From positions 11,280,587 through 11,344,586 of the forward strand of contig CM120648.1 of NCBI GenBank assembly GCA_051362555.1: a DNA stretch of 64,000 nucleotides, in the 5' to 3' direction. Source of the DNA: Lingula anatina. Taxonomy: Eukaryota; Animalia; Brachiopoda. Each line of letters begins with the position of its first letter. Position 1 is the stretch's first letter. The position numbers were made by a program, and so were the translations under genes. Below the pieces are notes generated by a model, which saw only the letters and a list, made by a program, of their open reading frames with translations, searched no databases and was not told the DNA's origin. Positions 13,457 to 26,756 of the stretch are shown here, one piece after another.

Positions 13457-14513
13457 GCTGCGGTACGTGAAATGAATGACATTGTATAGTTTCTCGCATC
13501 TCCACATACCAATTTGGCTAAGAGAAGATTAAAGAAAGGCTTATTTGTTTTGCGGAGATAAAATATTGTAAAAGGTGAAAGAGGACACATGGGTTAAAAT
13601 GCTGTTTTTTATATCTAACATTTTGTACAGCAAAAGTACTGTTGAGGTTAGAGAGAGTGACAACATTCGAAAGAAAGGCCTTTGGAGGGAAATGAGAAGC
13701 GACTTTATTTTGCGGTGATTGGTATTTTGAATCTGTTTGCTTCTTGTTCAATGGAATAATAAGCATTAATAATAATAATAATAATAATGATGATGATGAT
13801 GATGATGAGGCAACCATCCCTCCATCACTGTTAACTTTTAACAGTAAGGAATTTTCAATGCTTTTGGGGTCAAGCTTTGAAGTCTTACTGTGTCCTAAAA
13901 CACACACACAACAATTTAGTCACACAGGAAAAAAAATGAATACAAATGAAAAATAAAAAAAAAACGTGTATTTAACAAGGTAAAGGAAGAAGGGCGATAT
14001 TTCCCAAATAAACTTGAAGACATCGATCTGTCTTTTTTTTTATGAAAGCATCTGGCATATATTCCCTTACATAGAAGAGGCCTACCGCTACCCTCGACCA
14101 GGGCAACAGATTTTAATCTTAATGATAAATAATTGATTTAAATTAATTAAATTGTTTACTAGATACTCTCAGATATATCACCGGTAAATTCATGCCACTA
14201 TTCTCGCGTTATAGAAAAATACATGTAATTAATCTGCAGCCCTGGTAGAGGATGCTCTGCTATCTCTGTGACAGTAATTAACCTCGTCACGCACACTTGT
14301 GAGTAGCAGGAGACAAGAGTTAAAAAAGATGTAGATTGTTACTTTTATAGAAAGAGTTGGTCACTCAGTCGAAAAGAAAAAAAGTCTCTCGCGTTATGTT
14401 TATAATGTTGACCTGACAACATCAGCTTTTTTTTTCTTTACCAGTGTAGGTTCGGGAAAAGGGCGGTGGTATTTGGGGGGCGCATGTAGGAAAAGCCTAG
14501 TGGTGAAAAGCAG

Positions 14514-14584
14514 GCATCGGTGGTTCAGTGGTAGAATGCTCGCCTGCCACGCGGGCGGCCCGGGTTCGATTCCCGGCCGATGCA
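14514..14584 (+). tRNA. tRNA-Gly(GCC)
   Basis: Identical to copy at 12362. Confidence 0.97.
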
Positions 14585-15826
14585 ATTCATTTTATACCAC
14601 CGAAAACTACAGAGTACGAAAAAATACAATACATACGTGCAAGGATGACACGAAATTCCCTCTTACATTATGAAATATCACCGACCAAAAAAGTGTAAAT
14701 GGTGTTGTAATAAAAAAAAAAAGAAAAAAGAACAAACATCAGTTGACGTAAATTGTGTAATTTGAATCATGCACAGCGAGATCGTACCATCAGCGTGAGC
14801 TGACGACAAAACATACCAATATTGTGACGTCATAGTAACACGTGACGCATGTCCTTACGTAATAACGCCATCTCTACGCCAAGTTAGCAACGGCATATTT
14901 CAGGATATGTACAGTGTATAGTAAAGGAATCGCTTGATTTGTATTCGTTCATTTTGATCTTTTTGATACGATAACTTTGTGATAAAAAAGTCACAGATAC
15001 CTGCATCAAAGATGCCTGCAAAACTGTGTGTCTTGAAATTGCGAATTACACATCGAAGAGAAAACATTAATGATCTACATATTTATCTTAACTAGGTATT
15101 GTGCAAGTAGGAAGTTTGATCGCATATTCTTGTTTTTTTTTTAATGAAATTTCGCGTAGAATTCTATCTTTGTTTATCGAAAATTAAAAAGTAAATAGTG
15201 TATCAATATTAATAGTTGGTTATTACAAACGAAAACGGGAATAATTGCTGAAAAGAAAAGCTTTGGTCAGTGGTAGGCTTTTATAGCAATATATGTCTTC
15301 AAATTGTCGAAAACACTTTGTATTTACTCTGGGTTTCCCTGCATTTAGATACGTGTCATAGACGTGTATGTGTTTTATTTATGCATGCGTTAGATAGTTT
15401 ACTACTACCCTCGACCAGGGCCACAAATTTTAATAATAAATGATTGATTTTAATTAATTAAATCGTTTTCTAGATATTCACAGATATGTCACCGGTAAAT
15501 TCATGGCACTATTCTCGCGTTATAGAAAAGTACATGTAATTAATGGGCAGCCCTGGTAGAGGACACTCTGCTATCTCTCTGTGTCAGTAATTAACCTCGT
15601 CACGCACACTTGATAGTGGCAGGAGACACGAGTTAAAAAAGATGTTGATTCTTACTTTTATAGAAAGGGGTGGCCACTCAGTCGAAAAAGAAAACGTATC
15701 TCGTGTTATGTTGACTCGCTAACATTACGTTTTTTTATTGTAGTGTAGGTTCGGGAAAAGGAGGTGGGGGGAACTGGTGGGGGGGGGGGGGGGCAGCATT
15801 GCCGCAAATACTTGTCGGAGAAGTAA

Positions 15827-15897
15827 GCATCGGTGGTTCAGTGGTAGAATGCTCGCCTGCCACGCGGGCGGCCCGGGTTCGATTCCCGGCCGATGCA
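15827..15897 (+). tRNA. tRNA-Gly(GCC)
   Basis: Identical to copy at 12362. Confidence 0.97.
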
Positions 15898-17392
15898 ACT
15901 TCTTTTGCATGACTAAAAATATGCCTGTAAATTATCTTAGTATTATTATTCGGCAAAAGCGAAAAGTCAGAATGATACACCTTCACCCACTCGGATCGTT
16001 TTAACTTTAAAAAGTTTTCAGCCCACTGCGTATTCGTTCCACCAGTTTCCTTAATATCTGCTGGTCCGAATTATGAATCTCGGATCCGACTAAAATTTCA
16101 ATTAGATTGGACAGTTTCCCACTTTATAGAAAAAAATAATAATGGCCAAGTCGGACCACTAAATTCACACAAAAATCTACTGGTCCGAACAAAATTTTAC
16201 TGCCCTTGGTCGTAACACCAGTGGTCAGAATCTAGAATCTAACGTCCCAGGCTGGTCATCTGATTCAAGCAAAAATCTGTCTGAATCAAAATCAAAACGG
16301 GACAAGTAATGACGACATAACGCACCACATTGTGACGTCATAATATTTTGTGTGACGTAACCTCACGAAATAAGGCCATCGCTACACCAAGTTAGCAACG
16401 GCATTTTTCAGGATACAGTGGAAATAGCACTGGATTAGTTTTCGCTCATTTAGCAAATAAAAAGTCACAGATACCTGCAGCAAAGAACCTTGCTAAATAA
16501 GGTAAAGTCATATAAACAGCGTGCCTCGTAATAAATCCGTTCGAATTATACCTCAGAAAAATAGGTTGATCTACAAACAAATAATTTATTTGTTTCTAGC
16601 GAACTTGGTGTTGTTGTGCAGGGAGTTTTTAAAATTGTTTGTGTATCTTACTTTCGGTCTTTCTTTTCTTTTCTTTATTTTTAACATTTTCGTAGTATTT
16701 TATTTGTGTTTGCGCGTATTTTACCAGGCCATTACAAAGTACAAGTAAGACCTACAATTAATACTGTTATAATGAAAAAATGTACACAGTAGGCCTATAG
16801 ATTGTATCAGATGGGTGTTTAATGTCGTAGCGGCCTTGTTCTTACTGCGGGTTTCGCTGTTTTTAGATACGCTATTCATTACGCTAGCAAGTTTCTTGAG
16901 TAGATTAGAACATTTGAGGAATGGAAATTTTGGTCAAGTAAAGCACCCTTTCTTTCATTAAAAACTTTTTTCCAATAGGCATCCCTCATAGAATACTACT
17001 ACCCTCGACCAGGGCCACAAATCTTAATAATAAATAATTGATTTTAATAAATTAAATTGTTTACTACACATTCACAGATATGTCACCGGTAAATTCATGA
17101 CACTAACTCGCGTTATAGAAAAATACATGTAATTAATGTGCAGCCCTGGTAGAGGATGCTCTGCTATCTCTGTGTTAGTAATTAACCTGGTCACGCACAC
17201 TTGCTAGTAGCAGGAGACACGAGATAAAACAAGATATTGTTACTTTTATAGAAAGAGTTAAAGAGTTGGTCGCTTAGCCGAAAAAGGAAAAGGAAACGTA
17301 TGCGTTTTTAATTAAATTTAATTTTAGTATAGGGGAAAAGGACGCAGGGGTCGGGGGGGGGGCATTGCCACAAATGAAGTTTAGAGAAGCAA

Positions 17393-17463
17393 GCATCGGT
17401 GGTTCAGTGGTAGAATGCTCGCCTGCCACGCGGGCGGCCCGGGTTCGATTCCCGGCCGATGCA
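17393..17463 (+). tRNA. tRNA-Gly(GCC)
   Basis: Identical to copy at 12362. Confidence 0.97.
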
Positions 17464-19338
17464 AACTCTTTTACATGTCTCAGAACTATGCCAATTTAAG
17501 ATAATAATTATAATAAAAAAGATATATAAAAAAAGATAAATATATGAAAAATTGCATTGACCTCTTAGTAGTATGGACCCTAATGTCGTATGTGGCAATG
17601 ACTAAAGAGTCAGAATGATACATATTAACCCAGTCGGATCGTTTTAATTTTGAAAAGTTTTTAGCCCACTATAGGTATTCGGACCAGCAGTTTCTTAAAA
17701 TCCACTGGTCCGAATCAAGATTGACAGGACCGAATAATATTTCAATGAGGCTGGACACTTTCCCATATCGCTATTATATTAGCGTTAACAAGAACTTGAA
17801 TTTGTAGAGTAAATAAATAAATAAATGAACAAATAAATATATAAATTGAAAGCTCCTTTGAAAACTAATAAAAAAAAAACTAATGGCCAAGTTGGACCAA
17901 ATTCACACTGAAATATCTACTGGTCTGAACAAAATTGTACTGGTCGTGGTCGTAACACCAGAAGCCAGAACCTAGAATCTAACTTCGCAGACAGATCATC
18001 TGATTCAAACAAAAATCTGTCAGAATCAAATCGCAATCCTCGGCTAATTCCGGAAGCTCCATACTAACCTCGGATGTGATAGGCGGAGAAATATGCACCA
18101 AATCCATGCATTTATTATTATTTAGTATTTATTTATTATTTATTATTGTCGAGTGCGGAGACATCCGAGTAGTTCCGAGTGTCAAAAACATGCACAGCGA
18201 AACGGGAGACAACTAATGACAATATAATTGTGACGTCATAATATTTTGTGTGACGTGTCCTCACGTAATAACGCCATCTCTACACCAAGTTTGCAATGGC
18301 ATTTTTCAGGATACAGTGGAAATAGCACTGGATTAGTATTCGCTCATTTAGCAAAAAAAAAAAAAAAAGGCACAGATACCTGCAGCAAAGAACCCTGATA
18401 AATAAGGTAAAGTCATGTATAAACTGTGCTTCGTAATAAATCCATTCGAATTGTACCTGAGAAACGGAGGTTGATCTACAAATAATTATTCTATTAGTTT
18501 ATAGTGAAACTTGGTGTTGTTGTGCAGGGAGTTTAATTGTTTGTGTTTCTTACTTTCTTTTCTATTATTTATTTTTAACATTTTCGTAGTATTTTATTTG
18601 TGTTTGTCAGTATTCTTACCAGGCCATTACAAAGTACATGTAAGACCTACAAAACTGCTATAATAAAAAAAAAGTGTACAGTGGTAGGCCTATAGATTGT
18701 ATCAGTTGGGTCTTTAATGTCGTAGCAGCCTTGTTCTTTCTTCGGGTTTTCCTGTTTTTAGATGCGTTATTCATTACACTAGCAAGTTTCTTGAGGAGAA
18801 TAGAACATTTAGGGAATGGAAACTTTGGTCAATTAAAGCCCCAGTTCAACTTATAATTGTTTCATTAAAAACATTTTTCAAATAGACATCCCCCATAGAA
18901 TACTACTACCCTCGACCAGGGCCACAGATTTTAATCTTAATAATAAATAATTGATTTTAATTAATTAAAATGTTTATTATATATCAACTGTGAATCTGCA
19001 CCAGTAAATTCATGGCACTTAAACGTGTTACAGAAAAGTACATGTAATTAATGGGCAGCCCTGGTAGAGGATGCTCTGCTATCTCTCTGTGTCAGTAATT
19101 AACCTGGACTGGTCACGCACAGCTAGTAGCAGGAGACACGAGTTAAAAAAGATGTAGATTCTTACTTTTATAGAAAGGGGTTGGCCACTCAGTCGAAAAA
19201 GAAAACGTATCTTGTGTTATGTTGACTCGCTAACATTACGTTTTTTTATTGTAGTGTAGGTTCGGGAAAAGGACGTGGGTGGAGACTGGTGGGGGGGGGG
19301 GGGGGCAGCATTGCCGCAAATACTTTTCTAAGAAGTAA

Positions 19339-19409
19339 GCATCGGTGGTTCAGTGGTAGAATGCTCGCCTGCCACGCGGGCGGCCCGGGTTCGATTCCCG
19401 GCCGATGCA
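19339..19409 (+). tRNA. tRNA-Gly(GCC)
   Basis: Identical to copy at 12362. Confidence 0.97.
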
Positions 19410-20963
19410 ACTTCTTTTACATGACTAATAAAATGCCTTTAAAATTTTTTCGTAGTATTAATATTTAGCAAAGACGAAAAGTCAGAATGATACACCTTCA
19501 CCCAGTTGGATCGTTTTAACTTTAAAAAGTTTTCAGCCCACTGGGTATTCGTACCACCAGTTTCCTTAATATCTGCTGGTCCGAATTATGATTCTCAGGT
19601 CCAACTAAAATTTCAATTAAATTGAACAGTTTCCCACTTTATAGAAAAAAAAACTAATGGCCAAGTCGGACCACGTAATTCACACAAAAATCTACTGGTC
19701 CGAACAAAATTTTACTGCCCTTGGTCGTAACACCAGTGGTCAGAATCTAGAATCTAACGTCCCAGGCTGGTCATCTGATTCAAGCAAAAATCTGTCAGAA
19801 TTAAAATCAAAACGGGACAAGTAATGACGACATAACGCACCACATTGTGACTTCATAATATTTTGTGTGACGTAACCTCACATAATAACGCCATCGCTAC
19901 ACCAAGTTAGCAACGGCATTTTTCAGGATACAGTGGAAATAGCACTGGATTAGTTTTCGCTCATTTAACAAAAAAAAAGTCACAGATACCTGCAGCAAAG
20001 AACCTTGCTAAATAAGGTAAAGTCATATATACAAACATCGTGCCTCGTAATGAATCCGTTCGAATTATACCTCAGAAAAATAGGTTGATCTACAAACTAA
20101 TTTATTTGTTTCTAGCGAACTTGGTGTTGTTGTGCAGGGAGTTTAATTGTTTGTGTTTCTTACTTTATTTCTTTTCTTTTCTTTTCTTTATTTTTAACAT
20201 TTTCGTAGTATCTTATTAGTGTTTGCCAGTATTCTTACCAGGCCATTACAAAGTACATGTAAGACCTGCATAACTGCTATAATGAAAAAATGTGCACAGT
20301 GGTAGGCCTATAGATTGTACCAGATGTGTCTTAAATGTCGTAGTGGCCTTGTTCTTACTCCGGGTTTCCCTATTTTTAAATACGTTATTCATTACACTAA
20401 CAAGTTTCTTGAGTAGAATAGAACATTTGGGGAAAGGATACTTTGGTCAAGTAAAACACCCGTTCAACTTATAAAAATGTTTCATTAAAAATTTACTTCC
20501 AATAGGCAACCCTCCCCCCCCCCCCCCAGAATACTATTACCTTCGACCAGGGCCACAGAAAATAATCTTAAATATATAATTAAATTTTAAACCATTAAAC
20601 TGTTTCCTAGATATTCATTGAAATGTCACCGGTAAATTCATGGCACTTAATTGCGTTAGAGAAAAGTACATGTAATTAATCTGCAGCCCTGGAAGAGGGT
20701 GCTCTGCTATCTCTGTGTCAGTAATTAACCTGGTCACGCACACTTGTAAGTAGCAGGAGACACGAGGTAAAACAAGAAATAGATTGTTACTTTATAGAAA
20801 GAGTTGGTTACTTAGTCGAAAAAGGAAACGTATCTCGTGTTATGTTTGATATGTTGACCTGCTAACATTACGTTTTTTATTTAATCTTAGTATAGGGGAA
20901 AAGGACGCGGGGGGGGGGGGGGGAGGGCGGCGGCATTGCCACAAATGTTGATTAAAGAAGCAA

Positions 20964-21034
20964 GCATCGGTGGTTCAGTGGTAGAATGCTCGCCTGCCAC
21001 GCGGGCGGTCCGGGTTCGATTCCCGGCCGATGCA
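20964..21034 (+). tRNA. tRNA-Gly(GCC) variant (C>T at 21009, variable loop)
   Basis: One substitution vs other copies; only TTT immediately downstream. Confidence 0.9.
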
Positions 21035-22902
21035 ACGTCATTTACATGACTAAAATATATGCCTATTAGAATAATAATAATAATAATAATATTAATAAAT
21101 AAATAAATAAAGTCACTGATCTGCATTTAGAATTATGATTTGGCAAAGATAGAAATGTCAGAATGATACACATTCACCCAATCAGTTCGTTTTAATTTTG
21201 AAAATTTTTGACCTTATTGGGTATTGTGACAACCCGTTTCCTAATATCGACTGGTCCGAATAAAATTTCAGTAAGACTGCATCGTCACTTTCTCATATAG
21301 CAATTATAAACAAGACCATAATTTTGATCTCAGTAGGCCCTAACAATGACATTTAATTAAAAAAATTAAATCGAAAGCTCTTTTGAAAACCTATAAAAAA
21401 TAACGACCAATTCAGCCCACTAAATTCACACATTATGACATTTTTACTGGTCCGAACAAAATTCTACTGACCGTGGTCGTAACACCAGAAGCCAGAACCT
21501 AGAAACTAACGTCGCAGACTGGTCATCTGATTCAAACAAAATCTGTCAAAATCATGCACAGCGAAACGGGACAACTAATGACGGTATCATATGGTGACGT
21601 CATAATATTTTGTGTGACGTGTCCTCACGTAATAACGCCATCTCTACACCAAGCAACAGCATTTTTCAGGATACAGTGGATATAGCACTAGATTAGTATT
21701 CGCTCATTTAGCAAAAAAAGTCACAGATACCCACAGCAAAGAACCCTGATAAATAAGGTACAGTCATATATAAATAGTGTGCTTCGTAATAAATCCATTC
21801 GAATTGTACCTGAGAAACGGAGGTTGATCTACAAATAATTATTCTATTAGTTTATAGTGAAGCTTGGTGTTGTTGTGCAGGGAGTTTAATTGTTTGTGTT
21901 TCTTTCTTTCCTTCCTTCCTTCCTTCCTTCCTTCTTTTTTAACATTTTCGTAGTATTTTATCTGTGTTTGTCAGTATTCTTACCAGGCCATAACAAAGTA
22001 CATGTAAGACCTACAAAACTGCTATAATGAAAAAATCTGCACACTGGTAGGCCTATAGATTGTACCAGATGGGTCGAAAAAGAAGAACGTCTCTCGTGTT
22101 ATGTTTATTATGTTGATCTGACAACATCATTTTTTTTCTTTTTTCAGTGTAGGTTCAGGAAAACGACGATGGTGTTTGAGAGGGGGGGGGGGGGGGGCTG
22201 TAGGGAAAGACTTACGGTATATTATTTCTGCAACTTCGAAGACTGTTCCAAGACAGGAGAAACCTCTAAAAAGTATGAAGGTACTATTGCCATAATAAAT
22301 GTATATATCAAAAGGTTAATCTCTTTCCTTTCCCAAAAAGAGGCACTGCATGACAGATTATAAATTAGAAGCACTGGCAGTTTAAAACTTTTGATATGCC
22401 AAGCCCTGTCACTGATCTCAACCTTTTAAGAGATGGACCATATATTTTGGGTAGAGTCATACTACTGGTTGATGGTTCTGTAAAAGAAGCAAAATGAAAT
22501 TTTACTTTTTTACCTCATATACAAATACATTATATGACACATACTGACTACTATAGAAACAACTTCATCCAAGTGGGTATTACAAGGATATATAAAAATT
22601 ATAATGTGCTCAAAATTCAGTCATAAAACATTTGCCTCAAATACGATTAAGGCATGTCTTATGTCTTAATTTTCTCACACTGTCCCGAGGAGAATCAACA
22701 AATAAAGCAAGAAACAAACCAATTAAAAAGGTTAAAACTGAAATTATTCTTCCTGTCGAACCACCAATGGTGTTTGTGTTAATCTAAAACACAATACACC
22801 CGGATGCGAATAGGTAACTTTTACATTTTAAAAGTTCAGAAGTTAATATGCAATTTTAAATCAAAAAGGTCACGGCCAAATAAAGTCTTTATCATCGCTG
22901 GC

Positions 22903-23893
22903 TTAATAACGAGTGCCTAAAAAGACATCAGAAGGGCTGGGTTCTTGATCAGCCCAGTAGCCCATAAAAGCGTGTATGAACTCGTTGGTGTCAATCACAC
23001 CATCCTTATTCCAATTAATGGCATCAAATATATCTTGAACCTTACCAGTGTTACGGAAAAGAATAAGAAAGTTGGAATACTCGTCTACCATCAATTTGCT
23101 ATCGCAGTCGAGATCAAGCGCGTCAAACCAATCTTTTGCGAATTTTACGAGATCTTCTCTTGTAATTGGGAGTTCAACTTCGTCAGCCCGAAGCCAATCT
23201 TGAAATGTGATGGATTTTGAATAGTTGGTGTATTTATTTAACCACCACAGATTATAGGCACTAGACAATATACCATTCACCGCCATGGCTCTCCAAGATG
23301 GGAGAATTTGCTGAGCTCGCTTTGTTGTTGAATCGATGAATTCCTCTTCAGTCACCATGCCATTTTCATCAACGTCCAAGATATCAAAGAATTCCTTGTA
23401 CTTGAAAATCCAGTGCGCACTAAAGTTTCCTTTGGGGCTCTAAAATTGAAAAAAAATCTATAAAACAAACATAACGTGGACGCCACACAACTGCAAATGG
23501 CAAAACATCACCTTTTGTTCACCCTTTTTGTGTGATTTTATAGCAGCACCTTACCACTTTAAAGTTAAAATGTCTGTCACGCCTTGTAAAGCTGTAAGGG
23601 GGTTATTATTTTTACCCTAGCTGATTCGGTAGGCAGAACAGACAATTAAGCCGATTAAGTTGATAGCCATTTAGTGAGACTCCCCAGAGAGTTAGACCGA
23701 TGCAGATGGATCGATCAAGGCATGGGAACCCAGTCTAAGATTCTTGTAGACACTCGGTTTTTAAGTAGTCAAGCTTTTTAAAATATTCAAGAGACAATAA
23801 CAAATTCGTGTCTGGACCTACCTCTACCATATTCGAAGAGCAGATAGTCTGAACGACCATAAGAAGGAGAACTTTCAGATTGTTTGAGGACAT
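22903..23893 (-). CDS. Sarcoplasmic calcium-binding protein-like EF-hand protein with putative signal peptide, 2 coding exons, 202 aa
   Basis: Exon 1 23893-23822 (MSSNNLKVLLLMVVQTICSSNMVE, donor GTAGGT), exon 2 23439-22903 (acceptor ttttag, phase 0). EF loops DVDENGMVTEEE, DLDCDSKLMVDE, NWNKDGVIDTNE; WxxK..F start and ...VFLG end typical of SCP family; TATATAAA at 23995-23988. Confidence 0.85.
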
Positions 23894-26756
23894 GCTTATA
23901 TGAATTCTGTAAGTTCAGATTTCTAAAACAAAAGTAATAAACAACCTGAACTATATTCTGCAATATTCATCGAGTGCGAAATACAAGTTTATATAATACC
24001 CTTGATATAAATAAATAGCATTGCTTTACTCTGCGAACGTACAAAGCTAGATATGAAATCTACAATCAACAATAAAATAGTGTCTGTATTTTGGTCTACC
24101 TATATGTGGCAACGTTTGCTGCACAAAAACAGTGTAAATCATACGACATTAGTATCATAACCACACCTACTCGTCAAATCATACGTAATTAGTATCATAA
24201 CCACGTCTACTCGTCTACCATAGGTCGGTCAAATAAAAACTCCGATGTTCGTGCACACTGAATCGTACAGTTGTCGAAGTTACTGAAGTTGTTGACATCT
24301 TCAATACACACTATATCCCTCATTGTGTAATTCTTCTTAGCTTTACTTACCATATGTCTGTTGTTTCTCTTATAGGTCCCAGTCTTATGTAACATTTTGT
24401 TGCGTGATGTATTTAAATACCATCATTTCGCAGTATTGTCGGGATAAACATTATCAGTCACGCATATCCCCTATTCGACAAGTTACCAATCCCATGTTAC
24501 CTTCTTTAAAACATTACATTCATACTTTTGGCTGTAAACATCAAACTACGGGCTATGAGACAAAAAAGGACTTCTTGTTGACAAACATTTGAAAATCGTT
24601 GAAACAGTTTGTTTCTTTTGTGATAGATACTAGCAGTTGAATTTTAATGATCTGCATATTCCACTTCCTTACAATCTCCAAACATTTACTGCAGTCAATC
24701 ATACCTATCATATCCAATATAATTAATTGTATTTTGGTGTGGAAAATGATGCTTTATGTCGCATGTGGCTTAAATTTGGCAGACACTTCTTTAGCTGTCG
24801 TAAGTGAATGTCAGCTACGTTTATTGTTATTCTCCTAATAAATTAAATCGACATACCGGCTACCAAGTGTAGCAATGTGTTGATCACCTTATTATTTCTA
24901 ATGTTGGGATTTATGGATTCTTCGAAGCCATTATAATATAGTCGCCAATTTTTAGGTAAAAGAAATAACCATGCAATTCGTCCATCACGACTAAAATGTT
25001 CACTCTTGCTTGATCAAAAAATATGTTTTATCAATTAAGATGTGTTCTTCTAAAGCAGCTAAGTCAGCAGACACCACACGAAAACAAATGGGATAAATAC
25101 AGGATCGACACACGCTGCTCCTTGGTATATTGTTACTGGTCTGACTTTTCGCTCGGCTGAGTAGAAAAATACCTTGGTATATTTTAACTTGTCTGGCAAT
25201 TCAGTCCGCTTAATAGGAACGCCACTTATGTGTATTCTTGTTAGCAATCGCTTCCTGTCGCAACTGCTGCATTGTTCAACGGTTTGACACACGGAGTGGA
25301 ATATGTAGGCCTAATATGTAGAATATTATTGGACGATTACCACTGTTTCAATTCCCGCCATATCTGTTGGGTTATTCGATTTGGGATGTGGCATACTTCC
25401 ATGTCACAACAAACTAAACATCACACTGCCAGTTAGTATATCCCGCTCCTTTTTATTTATACATGTATAAGTAACTTTATTATTGCTACACATGCACTGA
25501 AGTAGTAGTTACGGCAGAGCATCAATGTTCCATGCATCAATATAATAAGTAAAAGAACCGTACTATGATCCTAAGGATATAGTCGTATATGTACACGAAA
25601 ACCTTTGAATAAATGACGTCAAAATATTTTGTGTGACATGTCCTCACGTAATGACGGCATCTCTACCTGTACACCAAGTTAGCAACGTCATTTTTCAGGA
25701 TACAGTGAAAATAAAAAGAAGCGTTGGATTAGTATTCGCTCATTTAGCAAAAGAATAAAGTCTCAGATACCTCCAGCAAAGAACCGTGATGAATAAGGTA
25801 AAGTCATATATATAAGCGGTGTGCTTCGTAATAAATCCATTCGTATTATACCTCAGAAAAAAAAGGTTGATCTACAAACTAATAATTTATTTGACTACAG
25901 CGAACTTGGTGTTGTTGTGCAGGGAGTTTAATAGTCTTTGTTTCTTATCTTCTTTATTTCTTTTCTTTTCTTTATTTTTAACATTTTCGTAGTATTTTAT
26001 TTGTGTTTGCCAATATTCTTACCGGGTCATTGCAAAGTTAGACCTAAAAAACTGCTATAATGAAAAAATGTGCACAGTGGTAGGCCTATAGATTGTACCA
26101 AATGGATCTTAAATGTCGTAAACGGCCTAGTTCTTATTCCGGGTTTCCCTGTTTCTAGATACGCTATTCATTACACTAGCAAGTTTCTTGAGTAGATTAG
26201 AACATTTGGGGAATGGAAACTTTGGTCAAGTTAAGCACCTTTTCAACTTATAAAAATGTTTCATTAAAAACTTTTCTCTAATAGGCATCCCCCCATAGAA
26301 TACAACTACCCTCGACCAGGGCCACAAATTTTAATCTTATAAAATAATAAAAAATAGATTTTTATCAATTAAATTGTTTACTAGATATTAACAGATATGT
26401 CACCGGTAATTTCATGCCACTATTCTCGCGTTAGAGAAAAGTATATGTAATTAATCTACAGCCCTGGTAGAGGATGCTCTGCTATCTCTGTGTCAGTAAT
26501 TAACCTCGTCACGCACACTTGCTAGTAGGAGACACACGGTAAACAAGACATAGATTGTTACTTTTATAGAAAGAGTTGGTCACTCAGTCGAAAAAGAAAA
26601 CGTACCTCATGTTACCCGCCAACAATACGTTTTTTTAAATTTAGCGTTGGTTCAAATCGTGGTGGTGGTGGTGGTGGTGGTGGTGGTGGTGGGGGGGGGG
26701 GGGGGGGGGGGGGGAGGGGGGTTGCCGATGGCTGCAAATCACACGTAAAGACGTAA

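Noticed and set aside
22903-23439. True Ca2+-activated photoprotein
   Set aside because: Catalytic His/Tyr positions of aequorin/obelin appear substituted in by-eye alignment
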